DNA of 64,000 nt, taken from assembly GCA_963746845.1 (NCBI GenBank), contig CAVVCZ010000004.1, forward strand, positions 672,001 to 736,000. The letters run 5' to 3'. Both the position numbers and the translations under genes were made by a program. This document shows positions 1 through 11,060 of the stretch, one piece after another. This stretch comes from an uncultured Chloroflexia bacterium. GTDB taxonomy: Bacteria > Chloroflexota > Limnocylindria > Limnocylindrales > CSP1-4. The notes under the pieces were generated by a model. The model was not told the origin of the DNA. It worked only from the letters and a program-made list of their open reading frames with translations, and ran no database searches. How positions within the stretch are numbered: the stretch's first letter is position 1; each line of letters begins with the position of its first letter.

Positions 1-215
1 CGGCACCGGCAAAGGAGCCGGTCACGGCGAAGGAGCCGGCACCGGCAAAGGAGCCGGCAACGGCAGCCACGACTCCGGCGCCGGCCGAGCCGGCGAAGGT
101 GCCGGCGTCGGCCCGGGGCGCATCGCGCAGCAATGGAACGAGCGGGGCCGCGCCCACGGCCGCCAGAACGAGCGAGACGCCGGAGCCAGCGGCGCCGGCA
201 GCCACAGGAGAGTAG
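1..215 (+). CDS. infC: 3' end of probable translation initiation factor IF-3 (Ala/Pro-rich C-terminal tail), partial
   Basis: Open frame from nt 3 reads APAKEPVTAKEPAPAKEPATAATTPAPAEP...ATGE with TAG at 213-215. It lies directly upstream of rpmI-rplT, where infC normally sits. Identity rests on synteny only. Confidence 0.6.
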   Translation, partial: APAKEPVTAKEPAPAKEPATAATTPAPAEPAKVPASARGASRSNGTSGAAPTAARTSETPEPAAPAATGE

Positions 216-221
216 GACCAC

Positions 222-419
222 GTGCCGAAGATCAAGAGCCACAAGGCCGCCCAGAAGCGGATCGGCGCGACGGGCAGCGGGAAGGTGATCCGCGTCAAGG
301 CCTGGCGTGGCCACCATCTCGAGATCAAGTCGTCGCGGCGGACCCGGCGGTACGCCGGCAAGGCGCTGATGACGGGCGTCCACGCCAAGCAGGTCCGGCG
401 CCTGCTGCCGTACCTGTAG
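222..419 (+). CDS. rpmI: 50S ribosomal protein L35
   Basis: [14 protein letters not shown]-terminus, 65 aa, basic; upstream of rplT. Confidence 0.97.
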   Translation: MPKIKSHKAAQKRIGATGSGKVIRVKAWRGHHLEIKSSRRTRRYAGKALMTGVHAKQVRRLLPYL

Positions 420-429
420 GAGCAGATCG

Positions 430-780
430 ATGGCACGAGTCAAGCGCGGCGTCACGTCGCACCGGCGCCACAAGCGCCTGCTGAACGCCGCCGAGGGTCG
501 CAAGGGCGCGAAGTCGCGGCTGGTCAAGGTCGCGCGCGAGGCGAACCTCCACGCGATGGCCTACGCGACGCGCGACCGCAAGCAGCGCAAGCGCCAGATG
601 CGCGAGCTGTGGATCGTCCGGATCAACGCCGCGGCGCGTCAGAACGGGATGACCTACGGGGCGTTCGTCGCCGGCCTGAAGAAGGCCGAGATCGAGCTCG
701 ATCGCAAGACGCTCGCCGATGTCGCGGTTCGCGATGCCGGAACCTTTACGAGGATCGTCGAGGCCGTGAAGGGCGCCTGA
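430..780 (+). CDS. rplT: 50S ribosomal protein L20
   Basis: MARVKRG...[23 protein letters not shown]...LDRKTLAD signature. Confidence 0.98.
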   Translation: MARVKRGVTSHRRHKRLLNAAEGRKGAKSRLVKVAREANLHAMAYATRDRKQRKRQMRELWIVRINAAARQNGMTYGAFVAGLKKAEIELDRKTLADVAVRDAGTFTRIVEAVKGA

Positions 781-794
781 AGGGGCAACCGATC

Positions 795-834
795 GAACCC
801 TCGACCGACACAATGGTCGAGGGTTCTTGATTCT
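795..834 (+). terminator. Intrinsic terminator-like hairpin between rplT and pheS
   Basis: Perfect 12-bp stem GAACCCTCGACC (795-806) / GGTCGAGGGTTC (815-826) followed by TTGATTCT. Confidence 0.65.
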
Positions 835-849
835 CCGATCGAGGAAGAC

Positions 850-1899
850 GTGGAGCTGACCGAACTGACCCGCGATCTCGAGGCCCTGCGCGACGAGGCG
901 CTGGCGGCGATCGCGGCCGCCCCGGACGTGCCCGCGCTCGAGGCGATCGAGCTGGACGTCCTCGGCAAGAAGGGCCGGCTCACGGCCGTCCTGCGGGGGA
1001 TCGGCGGCCTGCCGCCGGAGGACCGGCCCCGGGTCGGGGCGATCGCGAACGAGGTCCGCGGGGCGATCGAGGCAGCGCTCGGGGATCGGGGCGGGAATCT
1101 GCGCGGTGCCGCGCTCGAGGACCGGCTGCGCGACGAGGCGGTCGACGTCACGACGCCGGGCCGGCCGATCCGGCGCGGTGCCCTCCACCCGATCCACGAG
1201 ACCGTCAACGAGATCGCCGCCATCTTCGGCCAGTTCGGGTTCGTGACCTACGAGGGCCCCGAGGTCGAGGACGACGTCACGAACTTCCAGATGCTGAACA
1301 TCCCGCCGGACCACCCCGCGCGGGATCTGTGGGACACGCTCTACGTCGACGTCGAGGGCCACCTGCTCCGGACCCACACCTCGCCCGGCCAGATCCGGGT
1401 GATGACCTCCACGAAGCCGCCGATCCGGGCCCTGCTGCCCGGCCGCTGCTACCGCTACGAGGCCGTCGACGCGAGCCACGCGTCGGAGTTCTTCCAGGTC
1501 GAGGGCCTGATGGTCGACGAAGGCACGACGATGGGCGACCTGAAGGGCCTCCTCGACCAGTTCGCGAAGGCGATGTACGGCTCCGACAAGCGGACGCGCT
1601 TCCGGCCCGGCTATTACCCGTTCACGGAGCCGTCGGTCGCGTTCGACGTCGAGTGCCTCGTGTGCGGTGGTTCGGGCTGCCCGGCCTGCTCGCGGACGGG
1701 CTGGATGACGATCCTCGGCGCCGGGATGGTCCACCCGGTCGTCCTCCAGTACGGCGGCCTCGACCCAGAGCGCTACCAGGGGTTCGCGTTCGGGATGGGG
1801 GTCGAGCGGATCGCGAACCTGCGCCATTCGGTCGGCGACCTCCGGCTGTACATGGAGAACGACCTCCGGTTCCTCGACCAGTTCGTGCCGGCCGGGTAG
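850..1899 (+). CDS. pheS: Phenylalanine-tRNA ligase alpha subunit
   Basis: HPARD, LLRTHTSPGQ, FRPGYYPFTEPS, CxxC-GCxxC insert, GFAFGMGVERI motifs. Confidence 0.98.
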   Translation: MELTELTRDLEALRDEALAAIAAAPDVPALEAIELDVLGKKGRLTAVLRGIGGLPPEDRPRVGAIANEVRGAIEAALGDRGGNLRGAALEDRLRDEAVDVTTPGRPIRRGALHPIHETVNEIAAIFGQFGFVTYEGPEVEDDVTNFQMLNIPPDHPARDLWDTLYVDVEGHLLRTHTSPGQIRVMTSTKPPIRALLPGRCYRYEAVDASHASEFFQVEGLMVDEGTTMGDLKGLLDQFAKAMYGSDKRTRFRPGYYPFTEPSVAFDVECLVCGGSGCPACSRTGWMTILGAGMVHPVVLQYGGLDPERYQGFAFGMGVERIANLRHSVGDLRLYMENDLRFLDQFVPAG

Positions 1900-1905
1900 G
1901 CGACC

Positions 1906-4446
1906 GTGCGCGTCCCGCTGTCCTGGTTCCGTGACTACGTCGACGTCGATCTCGAGCCCGAGGTCCTCGCCGAGCGGCTGACCCTGCTCGGGATGGAGGT
2001 CAAGGGCATCGAGCGGTGGGGCGACGACTGGCGGAACGTCGTCGTCGGCGAGCTGCTGAGCGTCGAGAAACATCCGAGAGCCGACCGGCTGTCGCTCACG
2101 AGCGTGCGGGTGGGCATGGACGGCGCCGAGCCGCTCGCGATCGTGTGCGGGGCGACCAACATCGCCGCCGGGCAGCGCGTCCCGGTCGCCCTGCCCGGTG
2201 CGATCCTGCCCGGCGACCGCCGGATCGAGCGGACCGAGAAGATGGGCGTCGTCAGCAACGGGATGCTCTGCTCGGGCGACGAGCTCAACCTGACCGGCGA
2301 CGCGGACGGCATCCTGATCCTGCCGCCGGACGCGCCGATCGGCATGCCCCTCGCGGACCTCTACGGCGACGTCGTCCTCGACATCGACGTGAAGCCGAAC
2401 CGCGGCGACGCGCTGTCGCTGATCGGGCTCGCCCGCGAAGTCGGGGCGATCACCGGCGCGCCGCTCCACTGGCCCCAGACCGATCCCGTGGAGGACGACC
2501 GCGATGTCGCCGGCCTCCTCGTCGTCGACGTCCGTGACACGGCCTGGTGCCCGCGGTTCGTCGGGCGCTGGGTGGACGGCGTGACCGTCGGTCCGTCACC
2601 GGATCGCGTGCAGATGCGCCTGCGCGCCGCCGGCCAGCGGCCGATCAGCAACGTCGTCGACGTCAGCAACTACGTGATGCTCGAGCTCGGCAAGCCGATC
2701 CATACGTACGACGCGGATGGCGTCGCGGCCGACGCGCAGGGGAGACGCGAGCTCGTCGTCCGGCGCGCCGTCGCCGGGGAGCGGCTCGAGACGATCGATC
2801 ACGTCGCGCGGGATCTCGACACGGAGACGTTGCTGATCGCGGACGCGCGGGGCCCGCTCGGGATCGCCGGGATCGTGGGCGGCACGAGTTCCGAGGTGTC
2901 CGAGGCAACGACAAGGGTGATCGTCGAGAGCGCCGTCTTCGACCCGATCCTCATCCGGCGCACCGGCCAGCGCTACGCCCTCCGCTCCGAGGCAAGCCTG
3001 CGGTTCGAGAAGGGCCAGGAGACGCGACTCGCCCGGATCGGGGCGGATCGCGCCGCGCGGCTGGTGGCGGAGTGGGCCGGCGGCTCCGTGACCCGCGGCC
3101 GCGTCGACAGCGCGCCCTCCGAGCCGGGACCCACCCGCGTCCCGTTCCGACCGGCCCGCGTGAACCGGCTCCTCGGGACCGCCATCACCGAAGACGAGCA
3201 GCGCGCGCTCCTCGACCGGGTGGGCGTCCGGACAGAGCCCGCGACGAGTGACCCGGCCGATCTCCGCGTCCGGATCGCCGCCGGCTCGCGACCGCTTGCC
3301 ACGGACGGGGTCGATCCGGCCGGGCTGCTCGTGGCGGTCGTCCCCACGTGGCGGCGCGACATCGCGATCGAGGGGGACATCACCGAGGAGGTGATCCGCG
3401 TCCGGGGCTACGAGACGGTCCCGGAGATCCTGCCGCACACCCCGATGCCCGCCTATCGGCCTTCGCCGCTCGTCATCCGCGACCGCGTTCGCGAGACGCT
3501 CGCCGGCGCGGGCCTGACCGAGGCGGTCAGCCACGCCCTCGTCTCGGTCGGGGCAGCAGGGCGGTTTGCGTGGTCCGCGGAGACCGCCGCCGTGACGGGC
3601 GGGACGCCGGCCGCCGGTCGGCCGATCCGGGTCACGAACCCGCTATCGGCCGACCACTCGGTCCTCCGGCGGTCCGTGGTCGGAAGCCTGGTCGAGATCG
3701 CCTCGGCCAACCTCCGCCGAGGCCGGGGCGACGTCGCGATCTTCGAGATCGGCAAGGGATACGGCGACGACGCCGGCGTGATCCGCGAATGGTGGCGACT
3801 CGGGTTCGCGCTCACCGGGGCGGCAGAGGAGCCGTCCTGGAACCGGCCGCCCCGGTCGTTCGATCTCGACGACGCCAAGGGGGTGATCGAGCTCGTCTGT
3901 CGCCGGCTCGGGCTGACGTCGCCGGGGTACACACCGCTGGTCGACGAGCCGCTTCTCCATCCCGGGCGCGGGGCGAGCGTCACGGCCGCACGCGCATCAG
4001 GAGCGGACGCCGGGGACATCGCCCTGTCCGGCGTCGTCGGCGAGCTCCATCCGGCCGTCGCCTCGGCGATCGACCTCCGGGGCGCCAGCCTGATCGTGGC
4101 GGAGATCGACGTGAGTGGCCTCGCCGGCGGCTCGGTCGTGGATCGGGCGGTCGGTGCGCCGTCGCGTCACCCGGCCGCGGAGCGTGACCTGGCCGTCGTC
4201 GTCCACGAGGACGTGCCCGCCGCGAGCGTCGAGCGGGCCATCCGCTCGGCTGCGGGCGCGAATCTGGTCGATCTGCGCCTGTTCGACGTCTATCGTGGCG
4301 CGCCGCTGGCGGGTGACGAGAAGAGCGTCGCCTGGCGGCTCGTGTTCCAGGCCCCGGACCGCACGCTCACCGACGCGGACGTGGACGGGGCGATCGAATC
4401 GATCACGAAGGCCCTCGCGGCACTTGGTGGGCGGATCAGGACCTGA
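1906..4446 (+). CDS. pheT: Phenylalanine-tRNA ligase beta subunit
   Basis: HPRADRL, IVCGATN, SNGMLCS, PNRGDALS, RFEKG motifs and C-terminal FDX-ACB domain (LFDVYRG...EKS...DRTL). Confidence 0.98.
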   Translation: MRVPLSWFRDYVDVDLEPEVLAERLTLLGMEVKGIERWGDDWRNVVVGELLSVEKHPRADRLSLTSVRVGMDGAEPLAIVCGATNIAAGQRVPVALPGAILPGDRRIERTEKMGVVSNGMLCSGDELNLTGDADGILILPPDAPIGMPLADLYGDVVLDIDVKPNRGDALSLIGLAREVGAITGAPLHWPQTDPVEDDRDVAGLLVVDVRDTAWCPRFVGRWVDGVTVGPSPDRVQMRLRAAGQRPISNVVDVSNYVMLELGKPIHTYDADGVAADAQGRRELVVRRAVAGERLETIDHVARDLDTETLLIADARGPLGIAGIVGGTSSEVSEATTRVIVESAVFDPILIRRTGQRYALRSEASLRFEKGQETRLARIGADRAARLVAEWAGGSVTRGRVDSAPSEPGPTRVPFRPARVNRLLGTAITEDEQRALLDRVGVRTEPATSDPADLRVRIAAGSRPLATDGVDPAGLLVAVVPTWRRDIAIEGDITEEVIRVRGYETVPEILPHTPMPAYRPSPLVIRDRVRETLAGAGLTEAVSHALVSVGAAGRFAWSAETAAVTGGTPAAGRPIRVTNPLSADHSVLRRSVVGSLVEIASANLRRGRGDVAIFEIGKGYGDDAGVIREWWRLGFALTGAAEEPSWNRPPRSFDLDDAKGVIELVCRRLGLTSPGYTPLVDEPLLHPGRGASVTAARASGADAGDIALSGVVGELHPAVASAIDLRGASLIVAEIDVSGLAGGSVVDRAVGAPSRHPAAERDLAVVVHEDVPAASVERAIRSAAGANLVDLRLFDVYRGAPLAGDEKSVAWRLVFQAPDRTLTDADVDGAIESITKALAALGGRIRT

Positions 4447-4536
4447 GTCCTGTTGTTTCCGCCAATTCGGCGCTGCTACCCTGTGCCGGCCCTCCCGCGC
4501 CAATCGGGGGTCAGGGTTCTCTGCTGAGGAGCGTTC

Positions 4537-5109
4537 GTGGACATCGGCTCCATCAATCGGTTCGACATCCTGGTCGTGCTGCTGTGCTTCGGGTTCTTCG
4601 TGCTGGGCTATGTCCAGGGCACGATCCGGCGCGTGCTCGGGCTCGCCTCGATGCTGTTCGCGTTCCTGTTCGCGGCGAACCTGCGCGACTCGCTCGGGAG
4701 CTACCTCGCGCTCAACTGGAACCAGTTCCCGGACGAGTACGCCGTGATGCTCGGGTTCGGCATCGTGTTCGTCGCCGCGTCGATCGCGTTCACGATCGTG
4801 ATCCAGGCCTTCTATCACAAGCAGGACCTGTTCAAGAAGGCGACGTTCGCCGACGAGCTGATCGGGGGGCTGCTCGGGATCGTCCAGGCGCTGCTCCTCG
4901 TCGGGTGCGTGATCGTGATCCTCGACTCGTTCTTCAAGATCCCGACGATGGTCCAGTCCGACGGGGAGATCCCGTTCATCCGGAACTTCTGGGACGTCCT
5001 CAACACCTCCACGACCGCAGAGCTCTTCCGGACCCGGCTGATCCCGGCGTTCATCACCGTCTTCGGGCTGCTGATCCCGCAGGACATCCAGAACATCTAC
5101 ATCAGCTGA
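4537..5109 (+). CDS. CvpA (colicin V production) family membrane protein
   Basis: Four hydrophobic segments with G..QG.IR and DELIGGLLG patterns; upstream of mutS2 as in Firmicutes. Confidence 0.8.
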   Translation: MDIGSINRFDILVVLLCFGFFVLGYVQGTIRRVLGLASMLFAFLFAANLRDSLGSYLALNWNQFPDEYAVMLGFGIVFVAASIAFTIVIQAFYHKQDLFKKATFADELIGGLLGIVQALLLVGCVIVILDSFFKIPTMVQSDGEIPFIRNFWDVLNTSTTAELFRTRLIPAFITVFGLLIPQDIQNIYIS

Positions 5110-5125
5110 CCGCGGGCGGGCTCGC

Positions 5126-5803
5126 GTGAGCCCTGACCTGCGCGATGTGCTCGCCGGCCCGACGCTCGCAGCCGCGCACGCACTGCTCGGGGCGAGGATC
5201 GTCCGGGACGACGACACCGGGCGGCGCGTCGTGCGGATCGTGGAGGTCGAGGCGTACGTCGGCGAGGACGACCGCGCCTCGCACGCCCGCTTCGGCCGGA
5301 CCGCCCGGAACGCGGTCATGTACGGGCCTCCGGGAATGGCCTACGTGTACCTTGTCTACGGGATGCACGACTGCCTCAACATCATCACGGAGCCCGCCGG
5401 CCGCCCGGCGGCGCTGCTCGTCCGTGCCGTCGAGCCGATCGACGGGATCGAGCTCATGCGGGCCAGCCGCGCCCGCCGCGCCGCCGAGCGACGACGTGTT
5501 GCGCCGCCGGCTCGCACGAGCCAGACGGCAAGCCCCGTCGTGCCCGCCCACCGGCTCGGCTCCGGACCCGGGCTCGTCTGCGCGATCCTCGATCTCGACC
5601 GGTCGCTCACCGGTGCAGACCTGCTCGACGAGCGGGCGCCCATCCGCCTGGAGGACCGGCCGCGCGAGGAGCCCGCGTCGCGTGTCGTCGCGGGTCCGCG
5701 GGTCGGGATCGGCTACGCCGGCGAGCCCTGGACGACGGTCCCATGGCGGCTGTCGATCGCCGATCACCCGTCCGTCTCGAACCCCAAGCCGTCCTCGGGC
5801 TGA
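5126..5803 (+). CDS. mpg: DNA-3-methyladenine glycosylase (MPG/AAG family)
   Basis: IVEVEAY, YVYLVYGMHDCLNI, LLVRAVEP, GPG, GPRVGI motifs. Confidence 0.93.
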   Translation: MSPDLRDVLAGPTLAAAHALLGARIVRDDDTGRRVVRIVEVEAYVGEDDRASHARFGRTARNAVMYGPPGMAYVYLVYGMHDCLNIITEPAGRPAALLVRAVEPIDGIELMRASRARRAAERRRVAPPARTSQTASPVVPAHRLGSGPGLVCAILDLDRSLTGADLLDERAPIRLEDRPREEPASRVVAGPRVGIGYAGEPWTTVPWRLSIADHPSVSNPKPSSG

Positions 5804-5805
5804 CC

Positions 5806-8214
5806 GTGGACGCCCGGTCGATCGCGCTCCTGGAGTTCCCGGCCGTCCGCGAGCGCCTCGCGGACAAGACGTCGTTCCCGCCGTCGCGCCGGCTGGCCGA
5901 TGCACTCCTCCCGGAGAGCGACGCCGTCCTCGTCGCGCGCGGTCTCGACGAGACCGACCAGGCCCGCTCGCTCCTGTCCGAGCGCCCGGGTGTCGGGGTC
6001 GGGGCCGCCCACGACATCGGCCCGGCGATCGAGCGCGCGGCGCGCGGCGGCCGGCTCGATCCGGGGCAGTTCCTCGAGATCGCGGACACGCTCGATGCCA
6101 CGGCCCGGCTCCAGACGGCGCTGGCGGACGACCGGCGACCGCTGCTCCACGCCCTGGCCCGCGAGCTCCACGCGCTCCCCGCCATCCGCTCGACGCTCGC
6201 CCGCAGCTTCGACCCGGTCGGCGAGCTCCTCGACACGGCCTCGCCGCGGCTGGGCGGGCTCCGGGCGGCCGTCCGGGTCGCCTATGACCGTCTTCGTCGC
6301 CGCCTCGACGCCCTCGTCGGGTCGGAGCTCGGCGGTGCCCTCCAGGACCCGATCATCACCCTCCGCAACGGCCGCTACGTCGTGCCGGTCAAGGCCGAGG
6401 CGCGGGCGAGGGTCAAGGGGATCGTGCACGACGCCTCGGGCAGCGGCGCGACCCTCTTCGTCGAGCCGCTCGTCGCGGTCGAGCTGGGCAACGCCTGGCG
6501 CGAGGCGCAGGTGGCCGAGCAGGCGGAGGTCGAGCGGATCCTCGACGAGCTGTCGGCGCTCGTCGCCGCGAACGCGGGCCCGTTGCGGGAGACGCTCGAT
6601 GCGCTCGCCCGGTTCGACTTCTGGGCGGCGAAGGCGGGTCTGGCCGCCGATCTCGACGGGACGCGTGCGGAGACCGCGACCCGGCCCGAGGTCATCCTCC
6701 TGGGCGCCCGCCATCCGGGTCTGAGCGGGCGCGTGATCCCGATCGACATCCGTCTCGGCGACGGCTACACCGCGCTCGTGGTGACCGGGCCGAACACCGG
6801 CGGCAAGACGGTGACGCTGCGGACGCTCGGGCTGCTCGCGCTGATGCACCAGGCCGGGCTGCACGTCCCGGCCGACGCCGGCTCGCGGCTGCCGGTCTTC
6901 CACGACGTCTTCGCCGACATCGGGGACGAGCAGTCGATCGCGCAGAGCCTCTCGACCTTCTCCGGCCACCTCCGCTCGATCACCCGGATCGTGGAGGCCG
7001 CCGGACCGGGCACGCTGGTGCTGCTCGACGAGCTCGGCGCCGGGACCGACCCCACGGAGGGCTCGGCGCTCGCGCAGGCGCTCCTCGACCACTTCATCCG
7101 GGCGGGCGCGCTCGTCGCGGCGACCACCCACTACGCGGAGCTGAAGGCGTACGCGCACACGACAGGTGGCGCACGGAACGCGTCCGTCGAGTTCGACCTC
7201 GAGACGCTGTCGCCGACGTACCGGCTGACGATCGGGCTGCCCGGCGGCAGCCAGGCTTTCGCGATCGCCGAGCGTCTCGGGCTCGCGCCGGTCATCGTCG
7301 CGGACGCACGGTCGCGGCTGTCGGAGAACCAGCGCGCGTTCGAGGAGACGCTCGCGCGGATCCGGGAGACGGAGGGCGAGACGAGCGAGGCGCTCGAGCG
7401 GGCCCGGGCGGCCGAGGCGCGCGCGGCCGACGCCCTGCGCACGGCCGACGACGAACGCCGCCGCGCGCGTCGCGAGCGGGACGAAGCGGTGCGAGCGGCC
7501 CGGGTCGAGGCCGAGCAGCTCGTCGACACCATCCGCGACGAGGTCCGCGCGACCCGTCAGGCCCTCGAGCGCGAGACCGTGACGGCGCCCTCGCTGGACG
7601 CGGCCGTGGCCCGGGCCGAGGCTCAGCTGGCGCGTCTCCCGGGCGGTCCCGACGGTGCCGGGGCCGCCGTCGAGGTCCCGTCGCCGCCGGTCGAGCGCGT
7701 CTGGCAGCTCGGCGAACGGGCTCGGAGCCGGAACGGCGGCTGGGAAGGGCGGATCGCGGCCCTCGAGAAGGGCGGCAAGCGGGCGACGCTCGAGTCGGGC
7801 GGGATGCGGATCAGCGTCGCGACCGACGACCTGGATCCCGTGGCGACGCCGCCGCCACCGATCGACGAGGACACGACGATCGGGCGCAATGCGCGGATCA
7901 CGCGCTCCTCGTCAGGCGGCCGCAGCCGGGGCGCGAGCGGGATCGGGGCGCTCCAGCTGGACCGGGCGCGCTCGGTGGCGTCGTCGCTGGACCTGCGCGG
8001 TGCGCGGGTGGACGAGGCGCTCGACGCGCTCGACCGCTACCTCGACGACGCGGCGCTCGCGGGTCTCGACCAGGTTGTCGTGATCCACGGGCTCGGCACG
8101 GGCGCCCTCCGCGATGCCGTGCGCGATCGGGCGTCGGCGCATCCACTGGTGAGCTCCACGCGCCCGGGCGAGCGGGGTGAGGGCGGCGACGGGGCGACGA
8201 TCCTCAAGCTCTGA
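5806..8214 (+). CDS. mutS2: MutS2 (ATPase + Smr domain)
   Basis: TGPNTGGKT Walker A, ADIGDEQSI..SLSTFSGH, LLDELGAGTDP, C-terminal Smr LDLRG...IHGLGTG. GTG start placed at 5806. Confidence 0.95.
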   Translation: MDARSIALLEFPAVRERLADKTSFPPSRRLADALLPESDAVLVARGLDETDQARSLLSERPGVGVGAAHDIGPAIERAARGGRLDPGQFLEIADTLDATARLQTALADDRRPLLHALARELHALPAIRSTLARSFDPVGELLDTASPRLGGLRAAVRVAYDRLRRRLDALVGSELGGALQDPIITLRNGRYVVPVKAEARARVKGIVHDASGSGATLFVEPLVAVELGNAWREAQVAEQAEVERILDELSALVAANAGPLRETLDALARFDFWAAKAGLAADLDGTRAETATRPEVILLGARHPGLSGRVIPIDIRLGDGYTALVVTGPNTGGKTVTLRTLGLLALMHQAGLHVPADAGSRLPVFHDVFADIGDEQSIAQSLSTFSGHLRSITRIVEAAGPGTLVLLDELGAGTDPTEGSALAQALLDHFIRAGALVAATTHYAELKAYAHTTGGARNASVEFDLETLSPTYRLTIGLPGGSQAFAIAERLGLAPVIVADARSRLSENQRAFEETLARIRETEGETSEALERARAAEARAADALRTADDERRRARRERDEAVRAARVEAEQLVDTIRDEVRATRQALERETVTAPSLDAAVARAEAQLARLPGGPDGAGAAVEVPSPPVERVWQLGERARSRNGGWEGRIAALEKGGKRATLESGGMRISVATDDLDPVATPPPPIDEDTTIGRNARITRSSSGGRSRGASGIGALQLDRARSVASSLDLRGARVDEALDALDRYLDDAALAGLDQVVVIHGLGTGALRDAVRDRASAHPLVSSTRPGERGEGGDGATILKL

Positions 8215-8261
8215 TCGTGCGCCGGGCTCGCCCGTCGACCGCGCCGCCGCGCGGCCGCCCG

Positions 8262-10983
8262 TCAGGGCTTCGGCGTCCTCGGCGGCTGACCGTTGCCCGG
8301 GTTTGGTGTTGGCGGCGTCGGGTCGCCCGGGTTCCCGGGTGGCGGACAGAACAGGCCGAACGGGTTGTCGCACGGCGGCGGCTCGACCGGTGGTGGCGCG
8401 AGCGGGCAGAGCTGGGTCGGGGCGAAGATTCCGCCCCACGTGCGCCCGAACGGGAAGAACCCCGTGCCGTAGAAGTACGACGTGCGCGTGCTCTTGAGCC
8501 CGCCGCCGCGTCCGGAGCCCCGGGCGGCCCGCTTCATCCAGTTGTTGTCCGCCCGCTGCCAGTTGGCGTGGCCCGCGTCGACCTGGCTGTAGTCGAGCGC
8601 GCCGACCGTCTTCATCGGCCCGACGCACCCGTCCTGCCAGAGCAGACCGCTCGCCGCGTCGATGTCGACGGAGCGGTGGAAGTCGTCGGTCTGGGTCGGC
8701 TCCGTCCCGGCGACGAAGAGCTCCTTGATGGTCTTCCCGGTGAACGGACCGGGCTTGTAGCCGGTGAATCGCGTCGACGGTCGCCGTCACCAGGCCCTTC
8801 GGCGGCTTGAAGGTCGCGATCGGCGAGCCCTTCGTGACGTCGGTCATGATCCGCGACCAGAGCGGCGCCGACGAGCCGAGCGACAGCGTGTCGGTGTCGG
8901 GCGAGTTGTCGCTGTTGCCCATCCAGACGCCCACGACGATCGCCGGCGCCTTCGGATCCTTCGGCGGCGCGACGAAGCCGTAGGCGTGGACGTCGCGGTT
9001 GTCGTTCGTCGTGCCCGTCTTGTAGGCGGCCGGGCGACGCGACCCGCCGTCCGTGACCGACCACTCACCCCAGAACGGGTTCGTCTTCGGGTCGGTGTTG
9101 CCCGCGAGGATGTCCGTCATGATGTAGGCGGTCTGCGGGCTGATCACGGCCTTGCCCTTGGCCGGCTTGGCAGCCGGATCCGGCCAGATCACCTTCCCGT
9201 TGGCGTCGACGACCTTCAGGATCGTCGTGCGCGCCATCAGCTTGCCGCCGTCCGCGATCGCGCCGTACGCGCTGATCATGTCGATCGGGTGGACCTCGAG
9301 GGTGCCGATCGCCATCGACGTGACCGGCACGGAGCCCGGCACATAGTGGATGCCGAAGTCCTTCGAGCGGTCGTAGAAGTGCTTGAGTCCGTTCATCAGG
9401 CCGGCCTTGATCGAGGGGATGTTCAGCGAGAACTGGAGCGCCTCCCGGAGACGGACCGGGCCACGTTCCAGCTTGTCGGCCTGGGTCGGGATGAAGTTGC
9501 CGCCGAAGTTCGTGGTCACGTCCATGAACAGCGTTGCCGCCGTCATCGTCCCGTCCTCGATCCCGATCGAATAGTTGATCGGCTTGATCGACGATCCGGG
9601 CTGGCGCCAGCCGTCGGAGAGGACGTCGAACTGGGGCTGGAACTTCTTCGTCGGTCGAGCGTTGAAGCTCGCCGAGCCGGCATAGGCGAGGACCTGGCCC
9701 GTCCGGTAGTCGAGGACCGCCGACGCGGCGTTGTGGAGGTTCTTGCCCTTCAGGTTCTGGATCCAGCTCCAGTCCTTGCTCGGGATCTTCAGGTTCTTCA
9801 GCGTCGTCCGGGTGCCGGTGTGGTTCGGGGCCCAGGCGGCGGCGTACAGCCACTTCTCGACCGTCGACTGCATCTTCGTGTCGAGCGTCGTCGTGACCCG
9901 GTAGCCGCCCGTGTCGATCTTGTCGCACTGGTCGACCGCGACGTCGGGACAGAGGATGCCGCCGAGCTCCTGGCGGACCTGGAGGACGAACTGCGGGGCC
10001 CGCCAGTGGTTCCCGAGCTGCGGCGCGAGGACGATCGGCTCGTCCTTGGCCTGCTCGTACTCGTCGGTCGTGTGGTGTGATCCGGACAGCGGGCTGCGGC
10101 TCTTCATCAGATCCAGGACGTAGTTCCGGCGCTTGTAGATCTCGGAGTTCGGATCGACGACGAGACTGAGCTTCTTCGCGTCGCAGCTGTCGGCGTCGAC
10201 ATTCGGCGTCGCGCAGACCTCCTGGGCGTTCCGGACGAGGTCGTACGCGGTCGGCGACTGGGGGATCGCCGCGAGGACGGCCATCTGGGCCAGCGTCAGG
10301 TCCTTGAGGTTCTTGTTGAAGTACGTGTGGGCGGCCGCCTTCACCCCGTAGCTCTGGTTCCCGTAGAAGTTCTGGTTGAGGTAGGCGGTGATGATCTCCT
10401 GCTTGCCCTCCTCACCCGGATAGGCCTGGGTGAGACGGAGCGACTGGATGATCTCGCGGATCTTCCGCTCCTCGCGGGAGCCGTTGAAGGCCTCCGCGGG
10501 CAGAAGCCGCGCCCGGACCAGCTGCTGGGTGATGGTCGATCCGCCGCGGGGATGGCCGGACAGCGTGTCGACGGTGGCGGAGACGAAGCCCGCGATGTCG
10601 AAGCCGGGGTTTGACCAGAAGTCCTTGTCCTCGATCGCGGTCGTGGCGTCGAGCAGCTCGGGTGGCAGCTCGTCGTAGGTCACGACCTCGCGCTTGAACT
10701 CGCCGAGCTTGGCGAGCTCGGCCTTGCCGGTCCGGTCGGTGATCGTCGTCTGCTGGTCGAAGCTGAGCTCGCTCAACGTGTGCTTTGGGTCCGGCAGGCC
10801 CTGGCTGTAGTAGTTGTAGGCGGCCGCGACCGCGACGAGGCCCGCCAGGCCGATCAGGAGGAAGACGGCCAGAAGCAGGATCGGGATGGCGATGAGGACT
10901 CGACGAAGGGTCGACGAGCCGCCAGGCCGTCCGCGTCCGACGCCGCGCCGATGGCGCTGACGCCGCGCGAGGCTGGTCTGCAT
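8262..10983 (-). CDS. Class A penicillin-binding protein (transglycosylase + transpeptidase), apparent +1 frameshift near 8769
   Basis: EDKDF, GGSTITQQL, RKIRE, YLNQNFYG (GT51); GSSIK, SLN, KTGT (TP). Removing one base near 8769 restores VDAFTGYKPG and joins the 8262..8615 ORF. Confidence 0.9.
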
Positions 10984-11060
10984 GTCGGGCCGCACGATAG
11001 CATAGGGGTCGTGGAGGTCCCCCCTGTCCAGACGGTCGAGACGGCTCGGCCGCGGGTCCT

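Noticed and set aside
781-849. T-box riboswitch before pheS
   Set aside because: Gap is only about 70 bp and lacks the TGGNACC T-box motif; only a simple hairpin is present.
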